A DNA stretch of 64,000 nucleotides from Candidatus Bathyarchaeota archaeon. GTDB lineage: Archaea; Thermoproteota; Bathyarchaeia; Bathyarchaeales; Bathycorpusculaceae. Below are positions 38,732 through 49,836 of the stretch, one piece after another. The stretch is taken from the NCBI GenBank assembly GCA_963782525.1, contig CAWAKC010000011.1, forward strand, positions 99,963-163,962, in the 5' to 3' direction. The notes below the pieces were generated by a model, which saw only the letters and a list, made by a program, of their open reading frames with translations, ran no database searches and was not told the DNA's origin. The number at the start of each line of letters is the position of its first letter. The stretch's first letter is position 1. Both the position numbers and the translations under genes were made by a program.

Positions 38732-39352
38732 ATGAGCGTTAAAGATGGCATTTCAGCGATCGCAAAAGTTGTTGTGGGCGATGTGCAGAAAGAAGCGGAA
38801 GCTTTGATTTTAGCTGCGGAACAAGAAGCGAAGGCAACCTTGAAGGCAGCAAAAGAGCGGGCAGACCAAAACTTCAAAGCAGTAATTTCCCAAGCCAAGG
38901 CGAACACAGAAGCTGAAAAACGGAAAATTGCCTCCGTAACTGAAGTAGAAATAAGGAATCGTTTGCTTCAGACAAAAGAAGATTTAGTCGATGCCGCTTT
39001 CGAGAAGTCTCTGGCTAAGTTGAAGGCTTTCGTGGAGTCTGAGGAATATCACGATTATTTGCTCAAGAACATGCAAAATGCAATTGAAAGGATCGGCCAA
39101 AAATACCTCGTCATACAGGTAAACGCTAAAGATAAAGATTGGATACCCCCAGATGTCCTGAAACGTTTATCTAAGAAGTTGCATTGTGAATTGAAACTGT
39201 CCGAAAAAACCGGCGATTTCCTTGGGGGATGTATAATCCAGACTGAAGACGGAAAAATAATCTATAATGTCACGTTGGATAATCGTTTGCAAGAACTTAA
39301 ACCGGTTTTACGTGTTGAATTGGCAAAAACTTTGTTTGGAGAGTCTGTTTAA
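38732..39352 (+). CDS. atpE: A/V-type ATP synthase subunit E
   Basis: Coiled-coil N-terminus; GGCIIQTEDGKI..N.TLDNRL; ends LF. Confidence 0.9.
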   Translation: MSVKDGISAIAKVVVGDVQKEAEALILAAEQEAKATLKAAKERADQNFKAVISQAKANTEAEKRKIASVTEVEIRNRLLQTKEDLVDAAFEKSLAKLKAFVESEEYHDYLLKNMQNAIERIGQKYLVIQVNAKDKDWIPPDVLKRLSKKLHCELKLSEKTGDFLGGCIIQTEDGKIIYNVTLDNRLQELKPVLRVELAKTLFGESV

Positions 39353-39353
39353 A

Positions 39354-41123
39354 ATGCCTGTTAAAGGAAGCGTAATCAGAGTTGCAGGTCCAGTCGTAGA
39401 AGCTAAAGGTATGGCTCAAGCCGTTATGCATGAAATGGTCGAAGTTGGTAACGACCGTTTGATCGGAGAAATTATTCGTTTAGAAGGAGAACACGCAACC
39501 ATTCAAGTATACCAGAATACATCTGGGCTCAAACTCGACGAACCAGTTTTGGGCACGGGAAGCCCCCTCTCAGTGGAGCTTGCTCCAGGCATTGTTGGTA
39601 ACGTCTTTGACGGCATTCAAAGACCCCTTGAAGAACTAAGAACCCTAACAGGTCCCTTTATCAAACAAGTAGCAGGAGTGAAGAGTCTTTCTCGATCTAA
39701 AAAATGGATTTTTGTACCAACGGCGAAGGTTGGAGCTAAACTCGTAGGCGGGGACATACTCGGGGTAGTACAAGAAACCGCACTCTTTGAGCACCGTGTA
39801 ATGGTTCCCGTTAACGTTCAAGGCAAACTTGTTGAGCTTGCACCAGAAGGCGACTATACAATTACAGCAACAATCGCCACCATTGAATCAAATGGCACTA
39901 AAGTTGATTTGTCCATGCTTCAGAGGTGGCCAGTTAGAGAACCGCGCCCCCACGCAAAAAGGTTAACAGCGAGTTCTCCACTAATCACTGGGCAACGTGT
40001 CATCGACACCTTTTTCCCAGTTGCTAAAGGTGGAAGTGCATCCATTCCTGGTCCCTTCGGCTCAGGAAAAACCGTAACTCAGCAGCAACTAGCAAAATGG
40101 TCAGATGCCAACGTTATTATTTACGTTGGCTGCGGAGAACGCGGCAACGAAATGGTCGATGTGTTAGATAGTTTCCCCAAACTCATCGATCCAACATCTG
40201 GGCATCCGCTTATGGAGCGAACAGTCCTTGTTGCAAACACCAGCAACATGCCTGTCTCTGCCCGCGAAGCCAGCATTTACACCGGCATCACCCTCGCCGA
40301 ATACTTCCGCGACATGGGTTACGCGGTTGCTTTGATGGCGGACTCTACAAGCAGATGGGCAGAAGCACTCCGAGAAGTTTCGGGGCGTCTAGAAGAAATG
40401 CCGGCTGAAGAAGGCTTCCCAAGTTACTTGCCATCACGTCTCGCAGAATTCTATGAACGCACGGGCGTCGTTGAAACTTTAGGTTCAGACAAACGCGTCG
40501 GTTCCATCTGTGCTATCGGAGCCGTTTCCCCTCCAGGCGGTGACTTTTCAGAGCCAGTTACTCAACATACAAAACGTTTTACTCGAGTTTTCTGGGCACT
40601 AGACGCTGAACTTGCAGCGGCAAGACACTATCCATCCATCAATTGGATGTCAAGCTACAGCGGCTACATTCAAGACCTCGCTGAATGGTGGCATAAAGAA
40701 GTTGATAAAAACTGGAATAGCTATCGTGAAGAAGCCATGCGTATACTTCAGGCTGAAGATGACCTTAAAAACATCGTAAAACTTGTCGGTCCCGAAGCCT
40801 TACCTGACAAACAACGCTTGATATTGGAAACAGCCAGAATCATCCGCATTGCATTCTTACAGCAGAACGCCTTGGACGCCATCGACACTTATAGCTCTCC
40901 ACAAAAACAGTTCAAGATGATAAAGATAATTGTTGACTACCATCGATTAGCAGATAATGTGGTAAGCAAGGGTGCACCAATCTTCAAAGTTTCAGAACTG
41001 TCGATAACTGATGAAATTATGCGTATGAAAACTATGATACCCAACGATAAAAGCGAGTTGTTAGATGATTTAGAGAAGCGAATGTACGAAAGTTTTGGAA
41101 CATTGGAGGCAACATTGAGGTAA
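39354..41123 (+). CDS. atpA: A/V-type ATP synthase subunit A
   Basis: [17 protein letters not shown] and NTSNMPV motifs; no intein. Confidence 0.97.
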   Translation: MPVKGSVIRVAGPVVEAKGMAQAVMHEMVEVGNDRLIGEIIRLEGEHATIQVYQNTSGLKLDEPVLGTGSPLSVELAPGIVGNVFDGIQRPLEELRTLTGPFIKQVAGVKSLSRSKKWIFVPTAKVGAKLVGGDILGVVQETALFEHRVMVPVNVQGKLVELAPEGDYTITATIATIESNGTKVDLSMLQRWPVREPRPHAKRLTASSPLITGQRVIDTFFPVAKGGSASIPGPFGSGKTVTQQQLAKWSDANVIIYVGCGERGNEMVDVLDSFPKLIDPTSGHPLMERTVLVANTSNMPVSAREASIYTGITLAEYFRDMGYAVALMADSTSRWAEALREVSGRLEEMPAEEGFPSYLPSRLAEFYERTGVVETLGSDKRVGSICAIGAVSPPGGDFSEPVTQHTKRFTRVFWALDAELAAARHYPSINWMSSYSGYIQDLAEWWHKEVDKNWNSYREEAMRILQAEDDLKNIVKLVGPEALPDKQRLILETARIIRIAFLQQNALDAIDTYSSPQKQFKMIKIIVDYHRLADNVVSKGAPIFKVSELSITDEIMRMKTMIPNDKSELLDDLEKRMYESFGTLEATLR

Positions 41124-41128
41124 TTTCT

Positions 41129-42535
41129 ATGGCTACAAAAACAGGTTCAGGATTGGAATACAAAGGCGTCGCTTCAATTTCAGGTCCCATCATAGTCGTA
41201 GAAAACGTACAAGACGTGGGCTACGATGAATTGGTCGCAGTCAAAACCCCAGGTGGCGAAACACGCTTAGGCAAAGTTATCCAAATCACACAGAAAGCCG
41301 TCACCGTACAAGTCTTCGAAGGCACAACGGGCTTATCACCCTCAGAAACACGCACACGCTTCCTAGGGCACTCCTTAGAGGTACCAGTGTCCACAGAAAT
41401 GCTTGGACGCGTCATGAACAGCTTCGGCGAACCCATCGACGGTCACCCGCGATTCTTCACGGAAGAAAAACGTGACGTCAACGGCTTCCCACTAAACCCA
41501 GTAGCCAGAGAATATCCCAAGGAATTTATCCAAACAGGAATATCCGCAATCGACGGATTAACCAGCCTTGTACGCGGACAGAAACTTCCAGTTTTCAGCG
41601 GTCCAGGTCTTGCGCACAATGAACTTGCCGCCCAAATTGTGAGGCAAGCCCAAATTCGTAGTGGAGGAGAAGACTTCTCAATAGTCTTCATTGCCATGGG
41701 CTTAGAACATGACGATGCCGCCTTCTTCCGCAAAAGTTTCGAGGAAACAGGAGCCATAAAAAACGTTGCAATGTTCCTCAACTTAGCTGACGACCCACCA
41801 GTAGAACGCATTATTACTCCAAGAGCTGGCTTAACTTTAGCCGAATACTTGGCCTATGAACAAGATACTCACGTGCTGGTCCTCTTAACTGATATGACAA
41901 ACTACTGTGAGGCACTCCGAGAGGTCAGTGCTTCAATGGAAGAAGTGCCCAGCAGGAAAGGTTACCCCGGATATATGTACAGTGACCTAGCAAGCATATA
42001 CGAGCGCGCAGGCAGAATCCACGGCAAAAAAGGCTCTATTACACAGATGCCAATTTTAACCATGCCAAACGACGATATCACCCACCCAATTCCCGACCTT
42101 ACCGGCTACATTACTGAGGGACAAATCGTTTTGTCTCGCTCACTCGAGAAACAAGGCATCTATCCCCCAATCTACGTTTCAACAAGTTTGTCTCGACTGA
42201 TGAAAGATGGGATCGGCAAAAACAGCACCCGCGAAGATCACGCCAACGTTGCAAGCCAGCTCTATTCCGCTTACGCCCAATACAACTCGGTAAAATCACT
42301 TGTAACCATCATAGGTGAGGAAGGTTTAGGTCAAAGAGACAAAGAATACTTGCGTTTCGGCGAAGCCTTCGAGAAGACCCTAATCAACCAAGGCAAGACC
42401 GAGAACCGCACAATCGAAGAGACACTCTCAATCGCTTGGGATACACTTTCACTGTTGCCCGACGAAGAATTAACCAGCATAAAGCCTGAATACATATCGA
42501 AATACTATCCAAAATTTGCGAGCGAGGTCAAATAA
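41129..42535 (+). CDS. atpB: A/V-type ATP synthase subunit B
   Basis: [26 protein letters not shown] and [15 protein letters not shown] motifs. Confidence 0.97.
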   Translation: MATKTGSGLEYKGVASISGPIIVVENVQDVGYDELVAVKTPGGETRLGKVIQITQKAVTVQVFEGTTGLSPSETRTRFLGHSLEVPVSTEMLGRVMNSFGEPIDGHPRFFTEEKRDVNGFPLNPVAREYPKEFIQTGISAIDGLTSLVRGQKLPVFSGPGLAHNELAAQIVRQAQIRSGGEDFSIVFIAMGLEHDDAAFFRKSFEETGAIKNVAMFLNLADDPPVERIITPRAGLTLAEYLAYEQDTHVLVLLTDMTNYCEALREVSASMEEVPSRKGYPGYMYSDLASIYERAGRIHGKKGSITQMPILTMPNDDITHPIPDLTGYITEGQIVLSRSLEKQGIYPPIYVSTSLSRLMKDGIGKNSTREDHANVASQLYSAYAQYNSVKSLVTIIGEEGLGQRDKEYLRFGEAFEKTLINQGKTENRTIEETLSIAWDTLSLLPDEELTSIKPEYISKYYPKFASEVK

Positions 42536-42540
42536 CAAAA

Positions 42541-43182
42541 TTGTCCTCTGAAAACATTAGCCCAACAAGAATAAACCTGATTCAGACAAAAAAGACTTTA
42601 AACCTGGCAGAGTCCGGTCGCGAAGTTCTTGAACGCAAACGTGACATTCTGCTGCGTGAATTAAGAAGCAGTATCTACGAAGCTGAGAGAGCCCGCGAGG
42701 AACTACTTGATGCTCTTGCGAAGGCTTATCAGAATCTACGGGACGCAAACATAGCTAAGGGTTCAGAGACAGTTGCCAGCGTTGCTTTGGGGTCAACAAC
42801 TAAAGCTAACTACATCATCGATTACAAGAGCATAATGGGCGTTGCTGTACCATCTGTAGAATTTAAGGGCGAAGCTGACGCTAAACCAGACTATGGATTC
42901 GCCAACACCAGCGCAGAACTAGACAAAGCCTTCAAACAATTCCATAAAGTTTTAAATTTAATCGCTGAGTTAGCCCGATCTGAAGGAGCAACATTTCAAA
43001 TTGCCAACGACGTACGCAGAACCCAGCGTCGAGTCAACGCCTTAAACTATGTTCTCATTCCAAGGTACCGTGAAACCGCAAAACGGATTGAATTGGTGCT
43101 TGAAGAAAAAGACCGGGAAGAATTTGTTAGGACTAAAATAATTAAACGTGTAATTAAGGAGCGTAAATTGTGTGAAGTTTAG
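42541..43182 (+). CDS. atpD: A/V-type ATP synthase subunit D
   Basis: PTRINL, LERKRD and TQRRVNAL motifs. Confidence 0.95.
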   Translation: MSSENISPTRINLIQTKKTLNLAESGREVLERKRDILLRELRSSIYEAERAREELLDALAKAYQNLRDANIAKGSETVASVALGSTTKANYIIDYKSIMGVAVPSVEFKGEADAKPDYGFANTSAELDKAFKQFHKVLNLIAELARSEGATFQIANDVRRTQRRVNALNYVLIPRYRETAKRIELVLEEKDREEFVRTKIIKRVIKERKLCEV

Positions 43183-43615
43183 TTCTCAAACTATAAAAAA
43201 AATTTTGGTTCCCACCGACGGATCAGACTATAGCATTCATGCTGCAGAATACGCTATAAGTATCGCCAAGACGCATGATGCACAAATAATGGTTGTTTAT
43301 GTGCTTGATGAGGTTGTTATCGACCGATTTTCGAAAATGACCGAACGCGAAGATATCGAAAAAGAGCTAAAAGCAGATGGTCAAAGATACGTTAATTATA
43401 TTCTGGGTTTAGCTGATAAAGAAGGTGTTAAAGCGACTTCTTTGATTGCTAAGGGACGACCGTTTGAACAGATTGTGCATCTTTCTAATGGCTTAGAAAT
43501 GGATTTAATTGTATTGGGAACTTACGGACGAAGGGGCGCTGAAAGAATCCTCATCGGCAGCGTAGCCGAACGCGTAATTGAATATGCCTATTGTCCTGTC
43601 CTAGTTGTAAAATAA
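43172..43615 (+). CDS. Universal stress protein (UspA family)
   Basis: KKILVPTDGS, DLIVLGTYG and LIGSVAERV..CPVLVV motifs. Confidence 0.93.
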   Translation: MKFSSQTIKKILVPTDGSDYSIHAAEYAISIAKTHDAQIMVVYVLDEVVIDRFSKMTEREDIEKELKADGQRYVNYILGLADKEGVKATSLIAKGRPFEQIVHLSNGLEMDLIVLGTYGRRGAERILIGSVAERVIEYAYCPVLVVK

Positions 43616-43810
43616 GTGTTGGAGCCCTATTCTTTGACAAATAGTGACAAGTTAGATGAAGACTTCAAAAAGTTTAACCTGGATATTGAGCAGTTAACAG
43701 AAAAAGAATTGAATAGGATCCGCGATGAAATCAACGCTCTCGAGGAAAAAGCCAATAAGGCGAGTGAAGAGTTGTTGAGACCTTTTTCCAATGAAAAGAA
43801 AGGAAGTTAA
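43616..43810 (+). CDS. Small acidic coiled-coil protein
   Basis: 64-aa ORF immediately after the USP stop. Confidence 0.55.
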   Translation: MLEPYSLTNSDKLDEDFKKFNLDIEQLTEKELNRIRDEINALEEKANKASEELLRPFSNEKKGS

Positions 43811-43862
43811 TTAATAAAAAAGTTAATAGCTAAGCTTGTTGTGTGCAATGTTAATGGAGTGA

Positions 43863-44210
<348 letters not shown>

Positions 44211-44361
44211 AAGAATCCATCTTTAAATCGGTTGGTGCTGGTTGAAACCAGTTTATCCCTTTTTTAGTTTTTGTTACAACCATTTTGAGGTTTTCTATGA
44301 AAAGTCTTGTTCGCTCAATAAGTGTTAAATAATACTTCTAAAATAAACAGCGGAAGGCGTC

Positions 44362-44673
44362 ATGATGGATAAATGGGCGGATTACCTTGTCTCAGCAGTA
44401 AAAACTAGCCCCGACCAGAAACATATAGATTTTGTCGAGTGTCATTCGGACTTTGGCTGTGTAGTCTGCGAGAACATCGTTCTTTCAAGAACTGACATTA
44501 TTGTAAACATGAAGAAAGGTTGCACCTACGCTACAGTTTTTAGAACCGCCATTGGCAAATGGCGAAAAGGCCAAGAAGTGCATCTGGTAAATGTGAACGG
44601 TGAAGACTTCCTTAGAACAGACTCAAAAAACAATATCGCTTCCGACAACTTTGATGATGTTCCAGAGTGTTAG
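44362..44673 (+). CDS. DUF3892-domain protein
   Basis: WADYLVSAV and FLRTD....SDNFDDVPE motifs. Confidence 0.75.
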   Translation: MMDKWADYLVSAVKTSPDQKHIDFVECHSDFGCVVCENIVLSRTDIIVNMKKGCTYATVFRTAIGKWRKGQEVHLVNVNGEDFLRTDSKNNIASDNFDDVPEC

Positions 44674-44678
44674 ATCTT

Positions 44679-44766
44679 AAACGTTCTTTAGATTTTTTGA
44701 TTGTAGCATTGGCTGAAGCTTTGGCGATTTACTGTTTATTTATGGTTATCTTACTCTAAGCTTAAG
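44679..44766 (+). repeat. Degenerate duplicate of the atpK 3' end (44116-44203)
   Basis: AAACGTTCTTTAGA..TTGATTGT.GC.TTGGCTGAAGCTTT.GC.ATTTAC.GTTT..TTATGG.TAT..TACTCT aligns to atpK. Confidence 0.9.
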
Positions 44767-44844
44767 TGTAAACACTCGCTCTCCACAAAACATTTTACGC
44801 TAACCCTTATAGGGTAGCTGTGACTAGCCAGATATTGACCAAAC

Positions 44845-46203
44845 TTGTCGCGTTTAAGAGCTAAACTTTTTCATTCTAGAAGACTACTGGTTTTACTCTG
44901 TTTTTCATTATTCTTGATTGTTGTGGGCGGTTTTCTATCTGCTTCGGCAGCTTCCAACTCCGCGATAACTGCACAATCAGACTCCGCTGGCGGAATTGTT
45001 GTAGTTGCAGATTTTAGTGTTCCCGTAGACCCTGGATCTTCTGCTTTTATGTCCCGTGTTGTTAGCACAGCACAGAGCCAGAATGCCGTTGCCATCATTA
45101 TTGAGATGAATACGCCAGGCGGCTTGTTGAGCGATATGGTTTCGATCGTGGGTTCTATAACGACGGCTAACCAGTCAGGTATTCCCACATACACCTTCAT
45201 AGTTCCTAACGGTTTAGGTGCGTCTGCAGGTAGCTACATCGCTATGGCAACTAACAAGATATTGATGGCGCCTGGAAGCGAGATCGGTCCCAGCACTCCC
45301 ATTGTGGTTGGAGGGTCTGCACTTGAGCAAAATCACACGCAGGCTGCAATGCTTGACTACATGACAAGTCTCGCTGAGCGGTGGGGGCGAAACACAACCG
45401 CAATCTATGATATGGTTCAGTATGATCAAGCGTTCTCAGTTAACGATGCAGTTGCTGTTCATATAGCTGACGGAACAGTAGATACATTTAACGCGGCTCT
45501 TACCCAATTGGGCTTGTCGAATAACCCTCAAGCAACACTCAGCGAAAACCTCTATGAACAGATAATTAGCGCCTTAAGCAACAGTGTTCTTGACGGTATC
45601 CTCATTCTATTGGGGATTGTAGCCATTGTACTTGACATTTACCATCCCACGATCGTTTTAACAGTTGTAGGTGTAATAGCAATCGTTGCGGGGTTAATCG
45701 GTGCTGAGGTGATTGATGCTTCGGCGTTGGGGCTTGTTATTTTGGTGATTGCGGCAGTTTTGATAATTGTGGAGTTGAAGCTGGGTCATGGTTTTGCGTT
45801 AATGGCTGGCGTGGTGCTTGGTGCATTCGGAATTTATTATTTGTCTTTTGGTTTGCAATATTCGCCTTCACCCATAACGGGGCTCGTAGAAATAGAGTTA
45901 AGCGTCCTTGTAGTTTTCGGCGTCCTAATAGGCTTGTATATTCGATGGATAATTGGACCGCTCAGACGACGTCGGAAATTTACTGGTTCTGAAGTTATGA
46001 TTGGCAAAATAGGTATTGCCTTAACTGACCTCACACCAAAAGGAGAAGTTCGCGTCTTAGGGGAAATCTGGCGAGCCGAATCCTCTTCAGGCAATATTCT
46101 AAAAGGCGAACAAGTCACCGTTAAAGCACTAAACGGGCTCGTAGTTTTAGTGGAAAAAACCCAAGTTTCCATTGAAAAAAAGCAGACAACTCCCACAACT
46201 TAA
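44845..46203 (+). CDS. nfeD: NfeD-family membrane protein with ClpP-like protease domain
   Basis: NTPGG, GASAG, MAPGSEIG motifs and C-terminal OB fold (GEIWRA). Confidence 0.9.
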   Translation: MSRLRAKLFHSRRLLVLLCFSLFLIVVGGFLSASAASNSAITAQSDSAGGIVVVADFSVPVDPGSSAFMSRVVSTAQSQNAVAIIIEMNTPGGLLSDMVSIVGSITTANQSGIPTYTFIVPNGLGASAGSYIAMATNKILMAPGSEIGPSTPIVVGGSALEQNHTQAAMLDYMTSLAERWGRNTTAIYDMVQYDQAFSVNDAVAVHIADGTVDTFNAALTQLGLSNNPQATLSENLYEQIISALSNSVLDGILILLGIVAIVLDIYHPTIVLTVVGVIAIVAGLIGAEVIDASALGLVILVIAAVLIIVELKLGHGFALMAGVVLGAFGIYYLSFGLQYSPSPITGLVEIELSVLVVFGVLIGLYIRWIIGPLRRRRKFTGSEVMIGKIGIALTDLTPKGEVRVLGEIWRAESSSGNILKGEQVTVKALNGLVVLVEKTQVSIEKKQTTPTT

Positions 46204-46318
46204 TGTTTAGCCGTTAGGCGGCTTGTGGTTCTTTAGCTCTTAGTCGCTGTTACAAACGCTGTACAACAACATACGCTTAAAAGCCCTCTCTTAATTCTAG
46301 AATTAAAGGTGTTTTTGT

Positions 46319-47194
46319 TTGCCGATGAACAGGCGAGAATTTATTAAAATTGGAGCTGCGGCCGCAATTGGTGCTGGAGTTGCCAGTGCTATTGAAATCC
46401 CTCTTTTGGAAAGTAACTACAACCCCCGAATTGCGGATTTAGAGAAAAAGCAGAGCCAACTTACGCAAAACACTGGCTTTTTAACACTAAACCCCAACGA
46501 ACGCACAGTCGTTGAAGCTTTAGCAGAAGCCATAATTCCCACCGACAGCACAGGTCCCGGTGCCAAGGAGGCTGGCGTAATCTACTTCATAGATCACATG
46601 CTAGCTGGCAACTATGGCAAAGGAGGCAACATGTATCTTCAAGGACCGTTTGTGCTGCATGGCCTAACGACACCTGTTACAGTTCAAGGGGCAGCATATC
46701 CCAATACAACCAAGAGTGCGATCACCTATTCAGCCGGCACTATAGAGCCCAGATTACAAGCTGGAACATCTTACCAATACGCTTTTAACCCAAGAGAATT
46801 CTGGCGACGAGGACTTGTTTCACTTCAAAAATATTGCACTGCAGCTAAAGGCGGCAAAAACTTTGAGGCGCTCTCTTCCGCTGACCAAACAATTGTACTC
46901 CAAGAATTATTCGATAATAGCTCAAGCAACACGGCATTGCAGTCCGCATTTCAAGGTCCCAACGCAGCTGAATTTTTCAATGAAGTTTATGACATGGTCG
47001 TAGCAGGCTTCTTCTCAGATCCAATCTATGGTGGAAACCAAAACATGGTAGGGTGGCAACTGATTGCTTTTAACGCCAACTATTGGGGAGACGACATAGG
47101 TTTGGGTGCAAAGAAGTTAATGGTTGCAGACACGCCTACCAGATTACCGCCTAAGAGTCTTGGTCAGTTTCAAGCAGAAGGAGGAGGAGTATAA
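46319..47194 (+). CDS. Gluconate 2-dehydrogenase subunit 3-like protein with Tat signal
   Basis: NRREFIK Tat motif; IIPTD..GPGAKEAGVIYFID and GFFSDPIYGGNQNMVGW motifs. Confidence 0.9.
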   Translation: MPMNRREFIKIGAAAAIGAGVASAIEIPLLESNYNPRIADLEKKQSQLTQNTGFLTLNPNERTVVEALAEAIIPTDSTGPGAKEAGVIYFIDHMLAGNYGKGGNMYLQGPFVLHGLTTPVTVQGAAYPNTTKSAITYSAGTIEPRLQAGTSYQYAFNPREFWRRGLVSLQKYCTAAKGGKNFEALSSADQTIVLQELFDNSSSNTALQSAFQGPNAAEFFNEVYDMVVAGFFSDPIYGGNQNMVGWQLIAFNANYWGDDIGLGAKKLMVADTPTRLPPKSLGQFQAEGGGV

Positions 47195-47195
47195 T

Positions 47196-49013
47196 ATGTC
47201 AACTCCGATTAATCATCCACAAACCGATGTTGTGGTTTGCGGTTTAGGCCACACTGGTGGTCCGATTGCTGCTGAGTTAACCGCTGCAGGATACCATGTT
47301 GTAGGCATAGAAAAAGGACCCTTCTGGGATTTCGCTACCGATTGGCATCAAGACAATAAAGATGACGAATGGGCAATTGCGGTCGAAAGAAAATTCGACC
47401 ACCCCTTGTACATTTCAACATTCACCATACGAAACAATAACAATCAATTTGCTATTCCAGTTAGACGTTACACAAAACTTGTTCAATACCATGCCTTAGG
47501 ACATGCGGTAGGAGGCGCAGGCACTCATTACGGTGGTGGGCTGGGTAGATTTTCCCCTTGGTCATACCAACCTGTCACGATGACGAAGGCAAAGTACGGT
47601 GACGCAGGTTACAACACTATTTTAAGCAACGTTAAAGGCGGTACACCAGACATCGAAGATTGGCCAGTTACCTACGAAGATATGGTACCATACTATAACT
47701 CCTGGGAAAAAGCAATAGGCGTAGTTGGAACCAATCAAGACCCATTTATACCAAACTCAGATTTTCCAATGCCGCCTCATCCGACAACCGCTTATGCACC
47801 ACTCTTCAAGAGTGCTTGCGAAAGTTTAGGCTACACTCCATATCCAAGCGTCAGCGGCTTGATTAGTGGTAGTTACACAAATCAATATGGAGTAACTAGA
47901 AACGGTTGTGTGTATTGTGGTTGGTGTGGAGGCCTCTGCAATTACCCTTGTGAAGTTGGTGCTAAAACCAGTTCTCATGTGAGCACGATTCCGGCAGCCG
48001 TCAACACAGGCTTATTTGACATGCGTTTAGAATCCTATGTTTTCCGTGTCGATACAGACACCTCTGGAAAAGCAACAGGAGTAAGATATTACGATGCGAT
48101 GGGCAATGTGCATGTTCAACCTGCAAAAGTTGTCTTCAATGGCTTATGGGGACACAACATAATACGATCAATGTTGCTTTCAGGAATAGGGGTACCTTAT
48201 AACTCAACTAGCCACATAGGGTCTTTAGGAAGAGGATTAGCTTTCGGCTATTACCCTTCAACATCGAGTGCAAGCATCAAACTAAACGTTGGTGCAAACG
48301 CATATGTGAGTGGAAATGCTTCTGGAGGAGGGTATAGCATAATGGATCTCAATGAGGCTAACCCCAACTATAAGCACACTGACGATTTGACATTCATGGG
48401 CGGCGTTAACTTAGGTTTTGGAAACTATATAGGAAGCGGACCAAACACATTCACAACTCAAGTACCAGGTAAAACAAACTTTGGCAGCACGTGGAAAGCT
48501 GGTTTAAAAGACTCTAAGATACCGCAAAAAATTACCGCGACCCTCTCAGGTACTGGACCCAACCTGCCTCTTCTTGAAAACTACAGTGATTTAGACCCGC
48601 ATTATTCAGACATCTATGGTGACCCGCTAGCTAGAATAACATATGATTGGGATGCAAACACGTATCGTGTCTCAAACTACCTCATAAACAAGACAACGCT
48701 TATCACTGATATTCTCAAAAAAATGGGTGACCCATCTACTCTCAAAGTAAACACTGTCGCCGAGCTTTCACAACATATCGACTGGTGGGGACACCACACT
48801 AGAGGTGGCGCACGAACGGGCTCAAATTCTGCAACGTCAGTGTTTAATAAGTGGATGCAATGCTGGACCAGTGAAAACTTGTTTGCCGCAAGCGAGATAT
48901 GCGATACCTTCGGAGATAACATCACAGCTGGAACACACGTTGCGGGCGCGATGGCTTATCTTGCAGCGGACGGTATCAAGAAGTACCTTCAAAACCCGGG
49001 CGCATTGGTATAG
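47196..49013 (+). CDS. GMC-family flavoprotein (gluconate 2-dehydrogenase large subunit-like)
   Basis: VVCGLGHTGG (FAD), VGGAGTHY, CVYCGWC...CEVGAK and HHTRGGARTG motifs. Confidence 0.9.
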   Translation: MSTPINHPQTDVVVCGLGHTGGPIAAELTAAGYHVVGIEKGPFWDFATDWHQDNKDDEWAIAVERKFDHPLYISTFTIRNNNNQFAIPVRRYTKLVQYHALGHAVGGAGTHYGGGLGRFSPWSYQPVTMTKAKYGDAGYNTILSNVKGGTPDIEDWPVTYEDMVPYYNSWEKAIGVVGTNQDPFIPNSDFPMPPHPTTAYAPLFKSACESLGYTPYPSVSGLISGSYTNQYGVTRNGCVYCGWCGGLCNYPCEVGAKTSSHVSTIPAAVNTGLFDMRLESYVFRVDTDTSGKATGVRYYDAMGNVHVQPAKVVFNGLWGHNIIRSMLLSGIGVPYNSTSHIGSLGRGLAFGYYPSTSSASIKLNVGANAYVSGNASGGGYSIMDLNEANPNYKHTDDLTFMGGVNLGFGNYIGSGPNTFTTQVPGKTNFGSTWKAGLKDSKIPQKITATLSGTGPNLPLLENYSDLDPHYSDIYGDPLARITYDWDANTYRVSNYLINKTTLITDILKKMGDPSTLKVNTVAELSQHIDWWGHHTRGGARTGSNSATSVFNKWMQCWTSENLFAASEICDTFGDNITAGTHVAGAMAYLAADGIKKYLQNPGALV

Positions 49014-49047
49014 CGCCTTTTATTTCCTTTTTGGCGAGCGATAAAGC

Positions 49048-49635
49048 ATGAGTCAGCCAAGCAGACAAGATATTCTCAATAAACTATACGAAGTTCTATA
49101 CGTAATATCAAGTCAATATGTTAAAGCACTGGTGGCTTTGCATCAACGACTTGAAAACAAAAACATCAATTGGATAGTCGACGGCGATTTGGCTGAAGCT
49201 TTAAGAACGGTTAAAGTAAACCCAGATTGTATAGAAATCGTTTGTACAAAACAAGATGCAGAAAAAATCTTTCAAGCCGTTCAAGACCTTAACCCTTCTC
49301 CATTCAATTACCAAACCCGCCAGATTTCAAGGAACGCCGTAATTGATAGTTCTGAGTTTCCAGTACATGTGAGAAGTTACTATTTTGACTTTAACTTGGA
49401 TTCTGTCTTGGTTAAAGTTCAGGGGGCCTTGCAGTTTAAGGTGGGCGAATGGGATTGGGGTGAAATCTTCCTCTTTGCTCCTGAATACGTCTACGTTGTG
49501 GGCAAAAAAACTGCCATAACGCCTCTTACGATTAAAGCTGAACTGTACCAGTATCTTGGTTGGGTTGACCGCTTCGAAAAAGTAAAAGAAGTCATTCAAA
49601 AACCTCTGCTCCTTAAACAGAGAAGACCTTCTTAG
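49048..49635 (+). CDS. Hypothetical protein, nucleotidyltransferase-like fold with degenerate motifs
   Basis: INWIVDGDLAEAL..V.V.P..I.I and E..LYQYLG...R resemble the minimal NTase family. Confidence 0.55.
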   Translation: MSQPSRQDILNKLYEVLYVISSQYVKALVALHQRLENKNINWIVDGDLAEALRTVKVNPDCIEIVCTKQDAEKIFQAVQDLNPSPFNYQTRQISRNAVIDSSEFPVHVRSYYFDFNLDSVLVKVQGALQFKVGEWDWGEIFLFAPEYVYVVGKKTAITPLTIKAELYQYLGWVDRFEKVKEVIQKPLLLKQRRPS

Positions 49636-49836
49636 ATAAAAGTAAATTTTGTCTAAAACAATCCTGCCTTAAGCACCTTAGTAAGGTTGGAGACAGGCAG
49701 TTAACTGTTCATACTTTTAAGCTAAATAAATGATTCCAATCTATCGCTGATCACGGCGATACTTAAAAAAACTTGACCTCTGTTTTTCGAAAAAATTAAG
49801 TGCTTTAAAATAAAAGAAAAGGAGTTGGGTTTAGTT

